Source: Bacteroidales bacterium (GTDB taxonomy: Bacteria; Bacteroidota; Bacteroidia; Bacteroidales; VadinHA17). Taken from it: 64,000 nt of DNA. Below the pieces are notes generated by a model. The model did not search any database and was not told where the DNA came from. It worked only from the letters and a program-made list of their open reading frames with translations. Location of the stretch: the NCBI GenBank assembly GCA_033791445.1, contig JASJGS010000121.1, positions 7,938-71,937 of the forward strand, written 5' to 3'. How positions within the stretch are numbered: position 1 is the stretch's first letter; each line of letters starts with the position of its first letter. The translations under genes were made by a program, and so were the position numbers. This document shows positions 31,362 through 42,178 of this stretch, in pieces.

Positions 31362-32096
31362 ATGACCAATATGAAGAAAATAATTTTCTTTTTAGCCTTA
31401 TTGCTGACGTCTATTTTCGCGAATGCTCAAAGCAATTATTTAAATCTGTCAATGGGTGCAACAATTCCATTAGGCGATTTTAAAAGTACTGAAGATGCAT
31501 CCACCACAGGATATGCTGGTACTGGCTTTGCCCTTAACGTTGAAGGAAAGTATTTTTTCATTGATTATCTTGGTGTAGCTGGTACAATAAATTACGGAAC
31601 CAATTCTACGGATGAAGATGCGCTGGAGGCAAGTTGGCTTGAATATGTTAAGAATTTATATCCTGATTATATTATTCCCCCAGATGCAAATGTCCAATTT
31701 AATACCTCCTTATGGAATACTGTCAGCATTCTGGTAGGACCTGTACTCTCCTTCCCATTCTCACGAATAAGTTTTGAGCTAAAGGCTCAAGCGGGTGTCA
31801 GTTTTATTACTCCGCCTAAAAGGGAATTATATATTACCTATACCAATAATGAGATTTACAACAATTCTGGAGGACACAACACTGCCTTTGGGTACACTCT
31901 TGGGGCTGCTTTTGTTTTCCAGGCCAATGAGAATTATGGCCTTAGAATAGCTGCTGACTATTTTGGAAGTAAAGCTAAATTAGACCTTGAATCAAGTGTT
32001 GATGATGGGATGGGTGGATCTGAAATAGTTTCTGAAGTTTGGGAAGTTCCAGTAACTACTATAAACGCAACCGTGGGTATTGTCTACTTTTTTTAG
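31362..32096 (+). CDS. Outer-membrane beta-barrel (porin-family) protein
   Basis: Signal peptide, alternating beta-strand pattern, and a C-terminal aromatic residue (VYFF). Confidence 0.6.
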   Translation: MTNMKKIIFFLALLLTSIFANAQSNYLNLSMGATIPLGDFKSTEDASTTGYAGTGFALNVEGKYFFIDYLGVAGTINYGTNSTDEDALEASWLEYVKNLYPDYIIPPDANVQFNTSLWNTVSILVGPVLSFPFSRISFELKAQAGVSFITPPKRELYITYTNNEIYNNSGGHNTAFGYTLGAAFVFQANENYGLRIAADYFGSKAKLDLESSVDDGMGGSEIVSEVWEVPVTTINATVGIVYFF

Positions 32097-34168
32097 AAAC
32101 CTATCCGGTAAGAAGCTTTCAGGAATATAACATCGTTATTACTTCGAGTTCCCAACACAGGATCGTCAAAGTTGTCACTGTTGTAAATTAGGTATAAGGC
32201 ACCAAATGGGGGCTGAAATCGCCATCCAAACATTCCATAGAAGTAAATCATATCATTACTGGTATTGTTCTGTGCAAAAACCCTGATCCACAAATCGTTT
32301 GTAAAATTGTAATCAATAGATACTATATTTATTAGGGTTGAACTTGAAGTTGGATCCGGGTAGTATTTCAATAAATTAAGTGAGTAGGTCAATGACAATT
32401 TCTTGAATAACTTTACGCTGGCATCTGCCTGAAACCAATCGAAATCCCTATCAAAATTAACTCCCCGATTGTAAGCAACACTGGCCGAAGTCCACTCATC
32501 AGTATTGTACCCTACAACAGCTCCATACCTATGATTATAGTACTTCTTCTCATACAGCTTATATTCATTGTTGTAGGAAAAGTCAAAACTAAATCGGTTT
32601 TTAAGATACAACCTGACTCTTTGTGTAAGATACCAGCTTCTTAAAACATTCTCGGTACTCCAAAAGATATTGTTATACGCACCCACATTAAGGTATTTCA
32701 GTGCACCATCAAACCACCATCTATATGTTATATCACTATCCAGTTCTTTCATATCATCGTCTCTTAGAAAGCCGGTTTGATTTACATTATCTTTAAAATT
32801 CTTTCCAGTGTATGAATATCGGACATGATAGTGATAGATATTGCTTTCTTTGGCTACGCGAATAAAATAGGAGCTTGAAGGAATAGTATTCCCGGGAAAA
32901 CTTGTAACCCATTGTCCTGTAACCTTCCAGGTTTTGGCAAGGTTAAGCATAAAGTCCAAACTGGCTGAGGAAGTATAATTCCCTTCCCATTTTTTATCAA
33001 CATAGGTAAATCCAATACTTGATGAATTCAAAATATCTTTCTTTACTCTTATGGCCGTGTAATTGGCAGAGGGAATATGGATGGTTGTATCGGCTTCTAC
33101 AATAGAATCAGGTTTTGTTTGTGAATCCATTGCATAAAAGCTGATGTCTTTAATCTTTCCATTAATCTTACCTCCATAATGAACATCACCTATACGTCTT
33201 GAGTAAAATGTTTTTATTCGGGTTTTAAACAACTCATTACCTTCCATAAAAAACAATCTTTTTTCCGGGAAACTCAGCTCCCACCGTGTCATGTTGATTT
33301 GCTCCTGATCTCCCTCTACCGTAGCAAAATCAGGATTATAGGTAAGGTGAGAAACCACATTTGATGATATATTCACATGAGCATCAATTCCCGCTTGCGG
33401 AACAAATTTACCATGAATACCGGTTTCATCACTATCTTCATATCGAAGTGTCAGATATGGGGTAAATTCAACAATTTTCTTTTTAGATGGAAGCTTGAGG
33501 CCGGTTAATACACCCCCCTGGGAAATTCGGAAATCATCACTAAGTTCTCCCGACCAATACGATGTTTCAAAGTTTGAGCGAATGACCCTGCCAAAATTAA
33601 TCCCCCAGTCTGAAATTTTCTTATTATAAGTAATAGATTGAAATGGAATTGCAAACTCGGCCGACCAGCCTTCAGGGGTCTTTACAGCTGCTGACTCCCA
33701 AACAGCATCCCAATTCAAATCCAGGTTTCTGCCATCATCAGCTACTCTCATATCAATTTGCACTCCAAGGGGATTTACAAAAAAGCCAAAAGCACTACGT
33801 TTATCACGATAGGTATCTAATAGTATTACCACCAGGTCATCATCTTTTGAAAGCAAATCCCTCGTTTGAACCTTCCCCACAATTTGGGAAGGATCTCGTG
33901 TGTAACATTTTACTCCAAAATAAACTTTCTCTGTATCATAAGTAATATATACCACTGTTTTCTCACTGGCCTTTGCACCCTTTGTCGGCTCCATTTGAAT
34001 AAAATTAACTGCCGAGTCAGCTACCTGCCAGGAATCTTCAATTACAAAACCATCAATTTTGGGAGGAGTTGGTACCAGGAAAGATTCAACCGCCTTTTGA
34101 GAGAAGGTTTTAAAACTGAGAGAGAATAGTATAAATACAATTGAAAAATAACTACCGGCTTTTTTCAA
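32093..34168 (-). CDS. DUF5916 / carbohydrate-binding-family-9-like outer membrane protein
   Basis: 691 aa with a signal peptide. The N-terminal region (IDG...W..A..F.Q.EP..G) resembles the CBM9/DOMON-like domain, followed by a long beta-rich C-terminus ending in F. Confidence 0.55.
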   Translation of the reverse strand: MKKAGSYFSIVFILFSLSFKTFSQKAVESFLVPTPPKIDGFVIEDSWQVADSAVNFIQMEPTKGAKASEKTVVYITYDTEKVYFGVKCYTRDPSQIVGKVQTRDLLSKDDDLVVILLDTYRDKRSAFGFFVNPLGVQIDMRVADDGRNLDLNWDAVWESAAVKTPEGWSAEFAIPFQSITYNKKISDWGINFGRVIRSNFETSYWSGELSDDFRISQGGVLTGLKLPSKKKIVEFTPYLTLRYEDSDETGIHGKFVPQAGIDAHVNISSNVVSHLTYNPDFATVEGDQEQINMTRWELSFPEKRLFFMEGNELFKTRIKTFYSRRIGDVHYGGKINGKIKDISFYAMDSQTKPDSIVEADTTIHIPSANYTAIRVKKDILNSSSIGFTYVDKKWEGNYTSSASLDFMLNLAKTWKVTGQWVTSFPGNTIPSSSYFIRVAKESNIYHYHVRYSYTGKNFKDNVNQTGFLRDDDMKELDSDITYRWWFDGALKYLNVGAYNNIFWSTENVLRSWYLTQRVRLYLKNRFSFDFSYNNEYKLYEKKYYNHRYGAVVGYNTDEWTSASVAYNRGVNFDRDFDWFQADASVKLFKKLSLTYSLNLLKYYPDPTSSSTLINIVSIDYNFTNDLWIRVFAQNNTSNDMIYFYGMFGWRFQPPFGALYLIYNSDNFDDPVLGTRSNNDVIFLKASYRIGF

Positions 34169-34244
34169 TAGGACAAATTTTCAAGTGATGAGTGAAATGA
34201 GCTATAATGATATTTATCATAGTTAGCAGTAGCACAAAATGATT

Positions 34245-34252
34245 TACCTTTG
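34245..34252 (+). promoter_or_regulatory. Bacteroidota -7 promoter box TACCTTTG (mutAB operon)
   Basis: It lies inside the 5' end of the tracked ORF. This supports the real start at ATG 34275. Confidence 0.5.
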
Positions 34253-34274
34253 CTTATCAAATATAACATCTTTT

Positions 34275-36116
34275 ATGGCTGACAATCAAATAAAATCCGA
34301 TTTTTATACCAACTTCCCTCCTATCACCAAACAAGAATGGGAAGAAAAAGTAAAGGCTGACCTTAAAGGGAAAAGCCCAGAGAAATTAACCTGGAAAAGT
34401 TTTGAAGGTATAGATGTTCCTCCCTTCTATACCAGTGAGGATTTGAAAGGGATGGACTATATCCATTCTCATCCCGGTGATTTTCCTTTTAGAAGAGGCA
34501 CGAAGGTTGCTAATAATAATTGGTTTATCAGGCAGGATTTCAATGTTGCACCAATTCTCAAGTCGAATAAAAATCTTAAGTTAGCTATTAATTCAGGAAT
34601 CACCGAACTTGGATTTATTACATCTCAAACAAAAACTTTACCTAATCGAGATATTAAGAATCTGCTGGATGAAGTTGACCTGGAAAGAATCAGGATTAAC
34701 TTTGATGCAGATATAAACAGCCTGGATATATTGAAGCAGTTGGTAGAAGTATTAAAATCTAAAGACATTAAACTTAATAAAGTTAGTGGTGCCATTGAAT
34801 ACAATCCTCTTGGAAATTTTCTCAAGAACAATCAATTTTATTTTTCTGAGGAAAATGACTTTGAGCTTGCCGGCAGTATGTTGCAATTTTGTGATGAGAA
34901 CCTCCCTGAATTTAAGGTTTTATCAATTGGAGGTAATACATTCAGCAACTCAGGAGCATCCTTATCTCAGGAATTAGGTTTTGCACTGGCAATGGGAGCT
35001 GAAAATCTGGTAAAACTTTCTGAACTCGGATTCAGTATTGAGAAAATTGCCAGCCGAATCCAGATGTCTCTTGGAGTAGGGTCAAACTACTTTATGGAAA
35101 TTGCTAAGATCAGGGCAGCCAGGCAACTTTGGGCATCAATTGTATCTGCCTTTAATCCAGAACAGAAAAATTTGGGTGAAATATTTATTCATTCTGCTCC
35201 GACTTTTTGGAATAAAACAAAGCTCGACCCCTACGTAAATATGTTGCGCTTTTCTACCGAATCACTGTCAGCAGCAATTGGCGGCTCAGATTCAATTAGC
35301 ACCTTCCCATTTAATATGATTTCAAAGGAGCCAGGTACCTTTTCAGAGAGGATTGCCAGAAACACTCAAATAATTTTGAAGGAGGAGTCATATATTGATA
35401 AAATTGTTGATCCGTCTGCCGGCTCCTATTATATCGAAAATTTAACAGACAAGATTGCAAGTCAGGCATGGGAAATATTCAAAGAGATTGAAAATATGGG
35501 TGGATTTGTTTCAGCCTGTAAAAAAGGATTTATCCAGGATAAAATTGTAGAATCTCAACAAAAAAGAGAGAACAATTATTCTACTCGAAAAGAGGTTCTT
35601 GTTGGAACAAATAATTATCCGAATTTAAATGAGGTGGAAGAAAATACAACAAATCCTTTGATTGATCCAACTCAAATCGAAACCAGAGCTGCCTTTGAGT
35701 TTGAAGAACTAAGAAAGAGTATTGAAAATCTGGGAAATAAAAAACCCACCGCAGTACTTTTTCCTTATGGAGATCCGGTAATGCGAACAGCAAGAACTAT
35801 TTTTGCCACAAATTTCATAGGTGTGGGTGGTTTTGAGATTAAAGATCTAACCGGAATTAAAACCATTGATGAAGGTATTGAGATCTGCAAAGCAGAGAAT
35901 CCTCAAGTAGTTGTTTGTTGTAGCTCTGATCCGGAATACCCCCAATTTATTTCCCAGTTAAGCAAAAATCTTAATAAAAATACTTTATTGGTGGTGGCTG
36001 GGTATCCAAGTGAGTCTATTGAACAGCTAAAATCAATGGGTGCAAAGCACTTCATACATATCAAATCAAATATCTTTGAGACTTTATCAGACATTCTGAA
36101 TAATTTGGAAAAATAA
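34275..36116 (+). CDS. mutA: Methylmalonyl-CoA mutase small (beta) subunit
   Basis: MCM-like TIM-barrel region and a C-terminal Rossmann-like domain. It lies directly upstream of the large subunit. Confidence 0.8.
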   Translation: MADNQIKSDFYTNFPPITKQEWEEKVKADLKGKSPEKLTWKSFEGIDVPPFYTSEDLKGMDYIHSHPGDFPFRRGTKVANNNWFIRQDFNVAPILKSNKNLKLAINSGITELGFITSQTKTLPNRDIKNLLDEVDLERIRINFDADINSLDILKQLVEVLKSKDIKLNKVSGAIEYNPLGNFLKNNQFYFSEENDFELAGSMLQFCDENLPEFKVLSIGGNTFSNSGASLSQELGFALAMGAENLVKLSELGFSIEKIASRIQMSLGVGSNYFMEIAKIRAARQLWASIVSAFNPEQKNLGEIFIHSAPTFWNKTKLDPYVNMLRFSTESLSAAIGGSDSISTFPFNMISKEPGTFSERIARNTQIILKEESYIDKIVDPSAGSYYIENLTDKIASQAWEIFKEIENMGGFVSACKKGFIQDKIVESQQKRENNYSTRKEVLVGTNNYPNLNEVEENTTNPLIDPTQIETRAAFEFEELRKSIENLGNKKPTAVLFPYGDPVMRTARTIFATNFIGVGGFEIKDLTGIKTIDEGIEICKAENPQVVVCCSSDPEYPQFISQLSKNLNKNTLLVVAGYPSESIEQLKSMGAKHFIHIKSNIFETLSDILNNLEK

Positions 36117-36126
36117 TATTTAGCAT

Positions 36127-38280
36127 ATGAGACCCGATTTTACCCATATAAATATCAAGAAATATAAAACCTCATCTGAATCAGATTCAGCCTGGGAATC
36201 AAAAAATAAAGTTGAGAAAAACTGGTTTACACCAGAGAAAATTAACTTAAAGAGTGTATTTACACAATCCGATCTGGAGAAGATGGAGCATTTGGATTAT
36301 ATTGCCGGAATTCCCCCATTTTTAAGAGGTCCATACTCAAGCATGTATGTTACACGTCCCTGGACCATTCGGCAATATGCAGGATTTTCCACCGCTAAAG
36401 AATCAAACGCTTTTTACCGTAGAAACCTGGCCTCTGGCCAAAAAGGCCTATCTGTTGCCTTTGACCTGGCTACACATCGTGGCTACGATTCTGACCATGA
36501 AAGAGTAGTTGGAGATGTTGGGAAGGCTGGAGTAGCCATTGATTCAGTGTTAGACATGAAGATGCTTTTTGATCAGATTCCGCTAAATGAAATGTCGGTT
36601 TCAATGACAATGAATGGAGCAGTTCTACCAATAATGGCATTTTATATTGTTGCCGCCCTTGAGCAGGGGGTCGACCCAAAACAGTTAAGTGGCACAATCC
36701 AGAATGACATCTTGAAAGAATTTATGGTGCGCAATACCTACATTTATCCTCCAAAGATGTCTATGAGAATTATTGCTGACATTTTTAAATACACCTCTGA
36801 AAATATGCCCAGGTTTAATTCCATTTCTGTCTCGGGCTATCATATACAAGAAGCTGGTGCTACTGCTGATATTGAGTTAGCATATACTCTAGCGGATGGA
36901 TTGGAATACTTAAGAACTGGTATTAATTCTGGGCTGGAAATTGACTCTTTCGCACCCCGGATTTCTTTCTTTTTCGGAATTGGGATGAATCATTTTATGG
37001 AAATTGCAAAACTCAGGGCCGCAAGATTATTATGGGCAAAAATAGTAAAGCAATTCAATCCAAAGAATCCAAAGTCTCTTGCAATGAGAACCCATTGCCA
37101 AACTTCAGGATGGAGCTTGACTGAACAAGACCCTTTCAATAATGTGACCCGAACAGCTGTTGAAGCTCTGGCTGCCGTACTTGGGCATACTCAGTCATTG
37201 CATACCAATGCTCTTGATGAAGCCATTGCCCTGCCAACCGATTTTTCTGCACGTATTGCTCGTAATACTCAAATATATTTACAGGAAGAAACACAAGTAA
37301 CCAGGTCTGTTGATCCCTGGGGCGGCTCATATTATGTTGAGACTTTAACCCATGAATTAGTAGAAAAAGCCTGGAAGCTTATTGAAGAAATTGAGAAGTT
37401 GGGAGGAATGGCCAAAGCCATTGAAACAGGAGTACCTAAAATGAGGATTGAAGAAGCAGCTGCACGGAAACAGGCTCGAATCGATTCAGGGAAAGACACC
37501 ATTGTAGGTGTTAACAAATATCAACTAAAAACAGAGGACCCTCTTGATATTCTTGAAGTTGACAATTCAGCTGTTCGGGAATCGCAGATAAACAGGTTAA
37601 ATGAACTGAAAGCAAAAAGAGACAATAAGGCCGTTCAAAAAGCTCTCGATGAAATCACAAAAGCAGCTGAAAGTGGAGTTGGGAACCTCCTGGAATTATC
37701 TGTAATAGCTGCCCAGGCTTTTGCAACTCTTGGTGAAATTTCAGATGCCATAGAAAAAGTTTCAGGTAGGTATAAGGCAGTTATTCGTACTGTGTCTGGA
37801 GTCTATTCCCACGAATCAGGTAAAGATCCAGTTTTTGAAAAAGCAAGAAAACTAACCCGGGAATTTGCAGTGATGGAAGGTCGCCAGCCAAGGATTATGA
37901 TTGCAAAAATGGGCCAGGATGGACATGACAGGGGAGCAAAAGTAGTTTCCACAGGATACGCAGATATAGGATTTGATGTGGACATTGGACCACTGTTCCA
38001 AACACCTTCTGAAGCGGCCCGTCAAGCAGCTGAAAACGATGTACATGTTCTGGGTGTTTCAAGTTTAGCCGGAGGACATAAGACCCTTATACCACAGGTC
38101 ATAGATGAATTGAAAAAGATTGGCCGGGAAGATATTATGGTGGTGGCAGGTGGTGTTATTCCTACCCAGGATTATGAGTACTTATACCGTTCAGGGGTGG
38201 TCGCAATTTTTGGACCAGGCACATCCGTGGCTGGGGCAGCAACAAAAATACTCGAGCTATTAATTCATAGTATCAATTAA
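36127..38280 (+). CDS. mutB: Methylmalonyl-CoA mutase large (alpha) subunit
   Basis: 717 aa. [14 protein letters not shown] motif and the B12-binding DGHDRGAKV motif. Confidence 0.95.
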   Translation: MRPDFTHINIKKYKTSSESDSAWESKNKVEKNWFTPEKINLKSVFTQSDLEKMEHLDYIAGIPPFLRGPYSSMYVTRPWTIRQYAGFSTAKESNAFYRRNLASGQKGLSVAFDLATHRGYDSDHERVVGDVGKAGVAIDSVLDMKMLFDQIPLNEMSVSMTMNGAVLPIMAFYIVAALEQGVDPKQLSGTIQNDILKEFMVRNTYIYPPKMSMRIIADIFKYTSENMPRFNSISVSGYHIQEAGATADIELAYTLADGLEYLRTGINSGLEIDSFAPRISFFFGIGMNHFMEIAKLRAARLLWAKIVKQFNPKNPKSLAMRTHCQTSGWSLTEQDPFNNVTRTAVEALAAVLGHTQSLHTNALDEAIALPTDFSARIARNTQIYLQEETQVTRSVDPWGGSYYVETLTHELVEKAWKLIEEIEKLGGMAKAIETGVPKMRIEEAAARKQARIDSGKDTIVGVNKYQLKTEDPLDILEVDNSAVRESQINRLNELKAKRDNKAVQKALDEITKAAESGVGNLLELSVIAAQAFATLGEISDAIEKVSGRYKAVIRTVSGVYSHESGKDPVFEKARKLTREFAVMEGRQPRIMIAKMGQDGHDRGAKVVSTGYADIGFDVDIGPLFQTPSEAARQAAENDVHVLGVSSLAGGHKTLIPQVIDELKKIGREDIMVVAGGVIPTQDYEYLYRSGVVAIFGPGTSVAGAATKILELLIHSIN

Positions 38281-38290
38281 AAATAAAACC

Positions 38291-38806
38291 ATGAAAAAGC
38301 TATTAATCATTGCTTTAACCTTCGTTTCAATTATCATGCCTTCAAACAGTCAGGAATTTAATCAAACTATTAACTCTGAAAGAACTAATTCTGCTATACT
38401 TATAGGATATGGTAACCGGGATGCATTTTCTCTTCCTGAATTCCAGGGTTGGTTTGATCAGACTTACGAAGTTTACCTTCCTTTAGAGGATGTTATAGAA
38501 AGTCTATCTCAAAAAGATTTGGATAAAGTTACTATTACCATTGTTATGGCAACCTGGTGCCCCGATAGCCGAAGAGAAGTTCCAGGTTTCTACAGGATAT
38601 TGGACGAACTAAGCATTCCGGATGAATCAGTTACTCTTATAAATGTAAATACTGACAAGCTAGTTCCGGGAGAAGACCTGACCTCACTTAATGTGGCATA
38701 TGTTCCAACTTTTATTATTTACCGAAATGGAGAAGAAGTAGGCAGGATTATAGAAAGCCCAGATGACAGCCTGGAAGAGGATATGCTTGAAATCCTTAGT
38801 GATTGA
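38291..38806 (+). CDS. Secreted thioredoxin-fold protein (CxxS variant)
   Basis: Signal peptide. WCPDS replaces CxxC. The C-terminus is thioredoxin-like (VPTFIIY). Confidence 0.65.
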   Translation: MKKLLIIALTFVSIIMPSNSQEFNQTINSERTNSAILIGYGNRDAFSLPEFQGWFDQTYEVYLPLEDVIESLSQKDLDKVTITIVMATWCPDSRREVPGFYRILDELSIPDESVTLINVNTDKLVPGEDLTSLNVAYVPTFIIYRNGEEVGRIIESPDDSLEEDMLEILSD

Positions 38807-38844
38807 TTTTATACACTAACCTTTCAAAAGTGCCTTAATTTTTG

Positions 38845-38852
38845 TAACTTTG
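38845..38852 (+). promoter_or_regulatory. Bacteroidota -7 promoter box TAACTTTG
   Basis: TAnnTTTG match 29 nt upstream of the ATG at 38881. Confidence 0.5.
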
Positions 38853-38880
38853 AGCAAATCAAAGCGTAAAATAATTAATC

Positions 38881-39432
38881 ATGGAAGAACCAGCTAAGTC
38901 TACAGCAGGACAGGGATTTGGAATTGCATCGCTCATCTTAGGTATTTTAGCTCTGTTAATAGCTTTTATTCCTTGCATTGGCATTTTTGCGCTTATTCCC
39001 GGGATCATAGCCATTGTTTTAGCTATAGTTGGACTATCCCAGGCCAGTAGTGCAAATGGGTCAAAAGGGGTAATAATTTCAGGCTTAATCATTTCGATTC
39101 TTGGAACTACTCTAGCCGCTATATGGTTGGTATTGCTCTCTTCCAGTGGTCTGTTTTTTGAAAAATTTGGCAGGGAGTTTGCCAATGATGAAAGAATTGA
39201 GAGTATAATTGAAGAGTTTGTTGGAGAGTTTGAAAATGAATATGGAAAAGATATTGATGAGGCTATGGATGAAACAGACGAGAATCTGGAAAATACACTC
39301 GATGCTCTTGAAAAGGGAGAATCTTTTGACACGCTGACCAATGAAGACAAAGCTGGAAAAGTTGGAAAGGCTGCCGGAAAAGCACTTAAAGAATTTAATG
39401 AGACCCTCAAAGACTCAACCAACATAGAATAG
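38881..39432 (+). CDS. DUF4190-like membrane protein with acidic C-terminal tail
   Basis: GIASLILGILALLIAFIPCIG...IIAIVLAIVGL pattern, with three TM helices. Confidence 0.6.
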   Translation: MEEPAKSTAGQGFGIASLILGILALLIAFIPCIGIFALIPGIIAIVLAIVGLSQASSANGSKGVIISGLIISILGTTLAAIWLVLLSSSGLFFEKFGREFANDERIESIIEEFVGEFENEYGKDIDEAMDETDENLENTLDALEKGESFDTLTNEDKAGKVGKAAGKALKEFNETLKDSTNIE

Positions 39433-39448
39433 TTTTTACTCTTTACTC

Positions 39449-39859
39449 TTGTTAAATACCCTCAGGCAAAATCCTTACATTACCTTAAACCTATTTTTTA
39501 TTGGTTTAATATTAATGATATTCATTTATTCCGCGATTTTCTCTACTAAAAAAGTCAACCATCCCATCCCCTCATTTTATGAAGAATTTTCTGGCAAAGA
39601 ATCTCCAACCAGTGGACTCTCAAGAAGCTTTTCTGAAATTATGCGTTTGCATTTTAAGGAGGCAAAGAAATGGAATGTCAATGGATTGCCAATATTTCTA
39701 TTTTTTCTGGTTCAATTAGTTATGAGAACTACTATGAGTATAATTTTAGTCAAGAAAACTGTGAATTTAAAAACATTGATTTGGATTGATAGCATAGCAT
39801 CCATCTTGCTTTTTCTACTATGCTTCAAAAACCTTCTTGCCTTCTGGAAATTTTTTTAG
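39449..39859 (+). CDS. DUF2752-like membrane protein (cysteine-less variant)
   Basis: SGKESPTSGLSRSF aligns by eye to the DUF2752 TGxPCPGCGMTRAF motif. TTG start, with 3-4 TM helices. Confidence 0.45.
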   Translation: MLNTLRQNPYITLNLFFIGLILMIFIYSAIFSTKKVNHPIPSFYEEFSGKESPTSGLSRSFSEIMRLHFKEAKKWNVNGLPIFLFFLVQLVMRTTMSIILVKKTVNLKTLIWIDSIASILLFLLCFKNLLAFWKFF

Positions 39860-39889
39860 GGATTGTAAAATTTATCAATTTCAATATTA

Positions 39890-40738
39890 CTATAACTCCT
39901 CAATTGTGAGCGTTTTCCCAGCCCTGATTCCCCTTTTACTTAGTTCCAGCATACAACATTCATGGTATAGATCATGTTCAAAAAATAGAATGTAGCCATT
40001 TTCATAAGCCTCCTGCATAAACATTTCCTTCTCTTTCATACTAACCAATGGTCGTACATCAAATGACATATTGTAATGGGCAGGAATATGTACCGTGGAT
40101 GGCACCAGATCAGCAGAATACACTAATTTCTTTCCCTTGTAGGAAACAATTGGAATAACCTGACCCTCGGTATGACCATTGAAGATTCTAACCTCGAATC
40201 CAGGGAACAAATCTCCTTCCTCTTCGATAAATTTCAACCTTCCACTATCCATCATGGGTAAAATATTTTCATCAAGATATGAGTCCTTCTCCCTTTTATT
40301 AGGATTCATAGCCCACTCCCATTGCCGGCGACTAACCCAATAGGTAGCATTGGGGAAAGTGAGTTCAAATCCCGAACCATCCGCTTTGTTTTTTACGCCA
40401 CCGCCACAATGATCAAAATGAAGATGGGTAAGAACCATATCCGTAATTTCCTCGGGCGCATAGCCATGTTTTTCAAGTCCTCCCAAAAGTCCATCACCCC
40501 CATTCATATGCAGGAAACTAAAAAACTTTTCCCCTTGCTTATCGCCACAGCCATTATCAATTAAAATACGCTGCGCCCCATTGTCTACAAGTAGGGAGCG
40601 CAAAGCCCAATTGCATAGGTTATTATCATCTGCGGGGTAATACCTTTGCCATATTGTTTTTGGAACGACTCCAAACATAGCACCTCCATCTAATTTAAAA
40701 TTTGATATATGAATTGGGAATACTTTTGTTTCGTTCAT
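39890..40738 (-). CDS. MBL-fold metallo-hydrolase
   Basis: HLHFDHCGG metal-binding motif. Confidence 0.85.
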   Translation of the reverse strand: MNETKVFPIHISNFKLDGGAMFGVVPKTIWQRYYPADDNNLCNWALRSLLVDNGAQRILIDNGCGDKQGEKFFSFLHMNGGDGLLGGLEKHGYAPEEITDMVLTHLHFDHCGGGVKNKADGSGFELTFPNATYWVSRRQWEWAMNPNKREKDSYLDENILPMMDSGRLKFIEEEGDLFPGFEVRIFNGHTEGQVIPIVSYKGKKLVYSADLVPSTVHIPAHYNMSFDVRPLVSMKEKEMFMQEAYENGYILFFEHDLYHECCMLELSKRGIRAGKTLTIEEL

Positions 40739-40801
40739 AATGATTTAAGTTATATTTTTAAAGCAAATATAATTATCTAAAATCAATCCAACTCAGCAAA
40801 C

Positions 40802-42151
40802 ATGAAAATACACTTGATAGCCATCGGTGGAAGTATTATGCATAACCTGGCCATAGCTCTTCATATGAAGGGATACGAGCTAAGTGGTTCAGACGATGAA
40901 ATATTCAATCCGGCCCGTGAAATGTTAGAAAAGCACGCTTTATTACCTGAAAAAGAAGGCTGGGATACCAATCGTATTCATCCCGATCTTGATGCAGTAA
41001 TTGTAGGGATGCATGCACGGGAAAATAACCCGGAACTTAAGAGAGCAAAACAGTTAAACCTAAAAGTTTATTCATTTCCTGAATATGTTTTTGAACAAAC
41101 AAAAGATAAAAAGCGGGTAGTTATTGGTGGCAGTCATGGAAAAACTACTATAACATCTATGATAATGCATGTCTTGAAATTCAATAAATTGGATTTCGAC
41201 TATCTTGTAGGTTCAAGGCTTGAAGGATTTGAAACCATGGTTAAGCTTACTGAAAGTGCTCCAGTTGCTATTTTCGAGGGTGATGAATACTTATCTTCTC
41301 CTATTGATAGCAGACCAAAATTTCATGTCTATGAGCCAAATATTGGCTTAATAAGTGGCATTGCATGGGATCATATTAATGTATTCCCATCATATGAAAA
41401 CTATCTCGATCAATTCCGGATATTTATAACCAAAATACAACCCGGGGGTTCCATAATTTATCAGGGAGATGATCCTGAGCTGAAGAAACTTATTCAGACA
41501 GACACATCGGGAAATACGCGTATCCCATACTACACTCATCCTTATGAGATTGTTGATAACAAAACATACCTTCATAATGGTGAAAAGAGGATACCGGTGA
41601 TAATCTTCGGAAAGCACAATATGCAAAACCTTCAAGGTGCTAAAACTGTTTGCAGTGAATTGGGCCTTACCGATGAGCAATTTTACGAAGCTATAAAAAG
41701 CTTTAAGGGAGCAGCCCGCCGATTGCAAATTCTAAATGAAAATGAAAATACCTGTGTATATTTTGATTTTGCTCATTCGCCCTCAAAAGTAAAAGCCACA
41801 ATAGATGCGGTAAAAGAACAATATCCTGAACGAGAGTTGATTTCCATTTTTGAACTTCATACTTTTAGTAGCCTGAAAGAAGACTTTCTTCCCGAATATA
41901 AGGATACACTGCAAAGTGCGGATAAGGCATTTGTATACTATAGTCCTGATACATTGATCCATAAAAAGCTAAAAGAAATAAAACCAGGCCAAGTAAGAGA
42001 CGCATTTGGAACCGATAATATTAGGGTATTTACTAATCCTGAAGAATTAAAACTGGTTCTGCAAAAAATGGACACCAGAAATAGAAACTTCCTTATTATG
42101 ACTTCGGGCAATTTCTCTGGAATCGATTTTTCCCAAACTTTAGACATCTGA
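40802..42151 (+). CDS. mpl: Mur ligase family protein (Mpl-like UDP-N-acetylmuramate:tripeptide ligase)
   Basis: N-terminus IHLIAIGGSIMHNLA. P-loop GGSHGKTTITSM. 449 aa. Confidence 0.75.
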   Translation: MKIHLIAIGGSIMHNLAIALHMKGYELSGSDDEIFNPAREMLEKHALLPEKEGWDTNRIHPDLDAVIVGMHARENNPELKRAKQLNLKVYSFPEYVFEQTKDKKRVVIGGSHGKTTITSMIMHVLKFNKLDFDYLVGSRLEGFETMVKLTESAPVAIFEGDEYLSSPIDSRPKFHVYEPNIGLISGIAWDHINVFPSYENYLDQFRIFITKIQPGGSIIYQGDDPELKKLIQTDTSGNTRIPYYTHPYEIVDNKTYLHNGEKRIPVIIFGKHNMQNLQGAKTVCSELGLTDEQFYEAIKSFKGAARRLQILNENENTCVYFDFAHSPSKVKATIDAVKEQYPERELISIFELHTFSSLKEDFLPEYKDTLQSADKAFVYYSPDTLIHKKLKEIKPGQVRDAFGTDNIRVFTNPEELKLVLQKMDTRNRNFLIMTSGNFSGIDFSQTLDI

Positions 42152-42178
42152 TTTTGTTGAAAAAGATTACTTTTGAAT

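Noticed and set aside
34169-34274. Cobalamin riboswitch upstream of the methylmalonyl-CoA mutase genes
   Set aside because: The spacer is only ~105 nt and contains a promoter box 23 nt upstream of the ATG. That leaves no room for a ~200-nt B12 element, and no B12-box-like sequence was seen.
38859-39425. 188-aa minus-strand ORF opposite the DUF4190-like gene
   Set aside because: It is a Ser-rich low-complexity antisense translation. The plus-strand product has coherent TM helices and a -7 box upstream.
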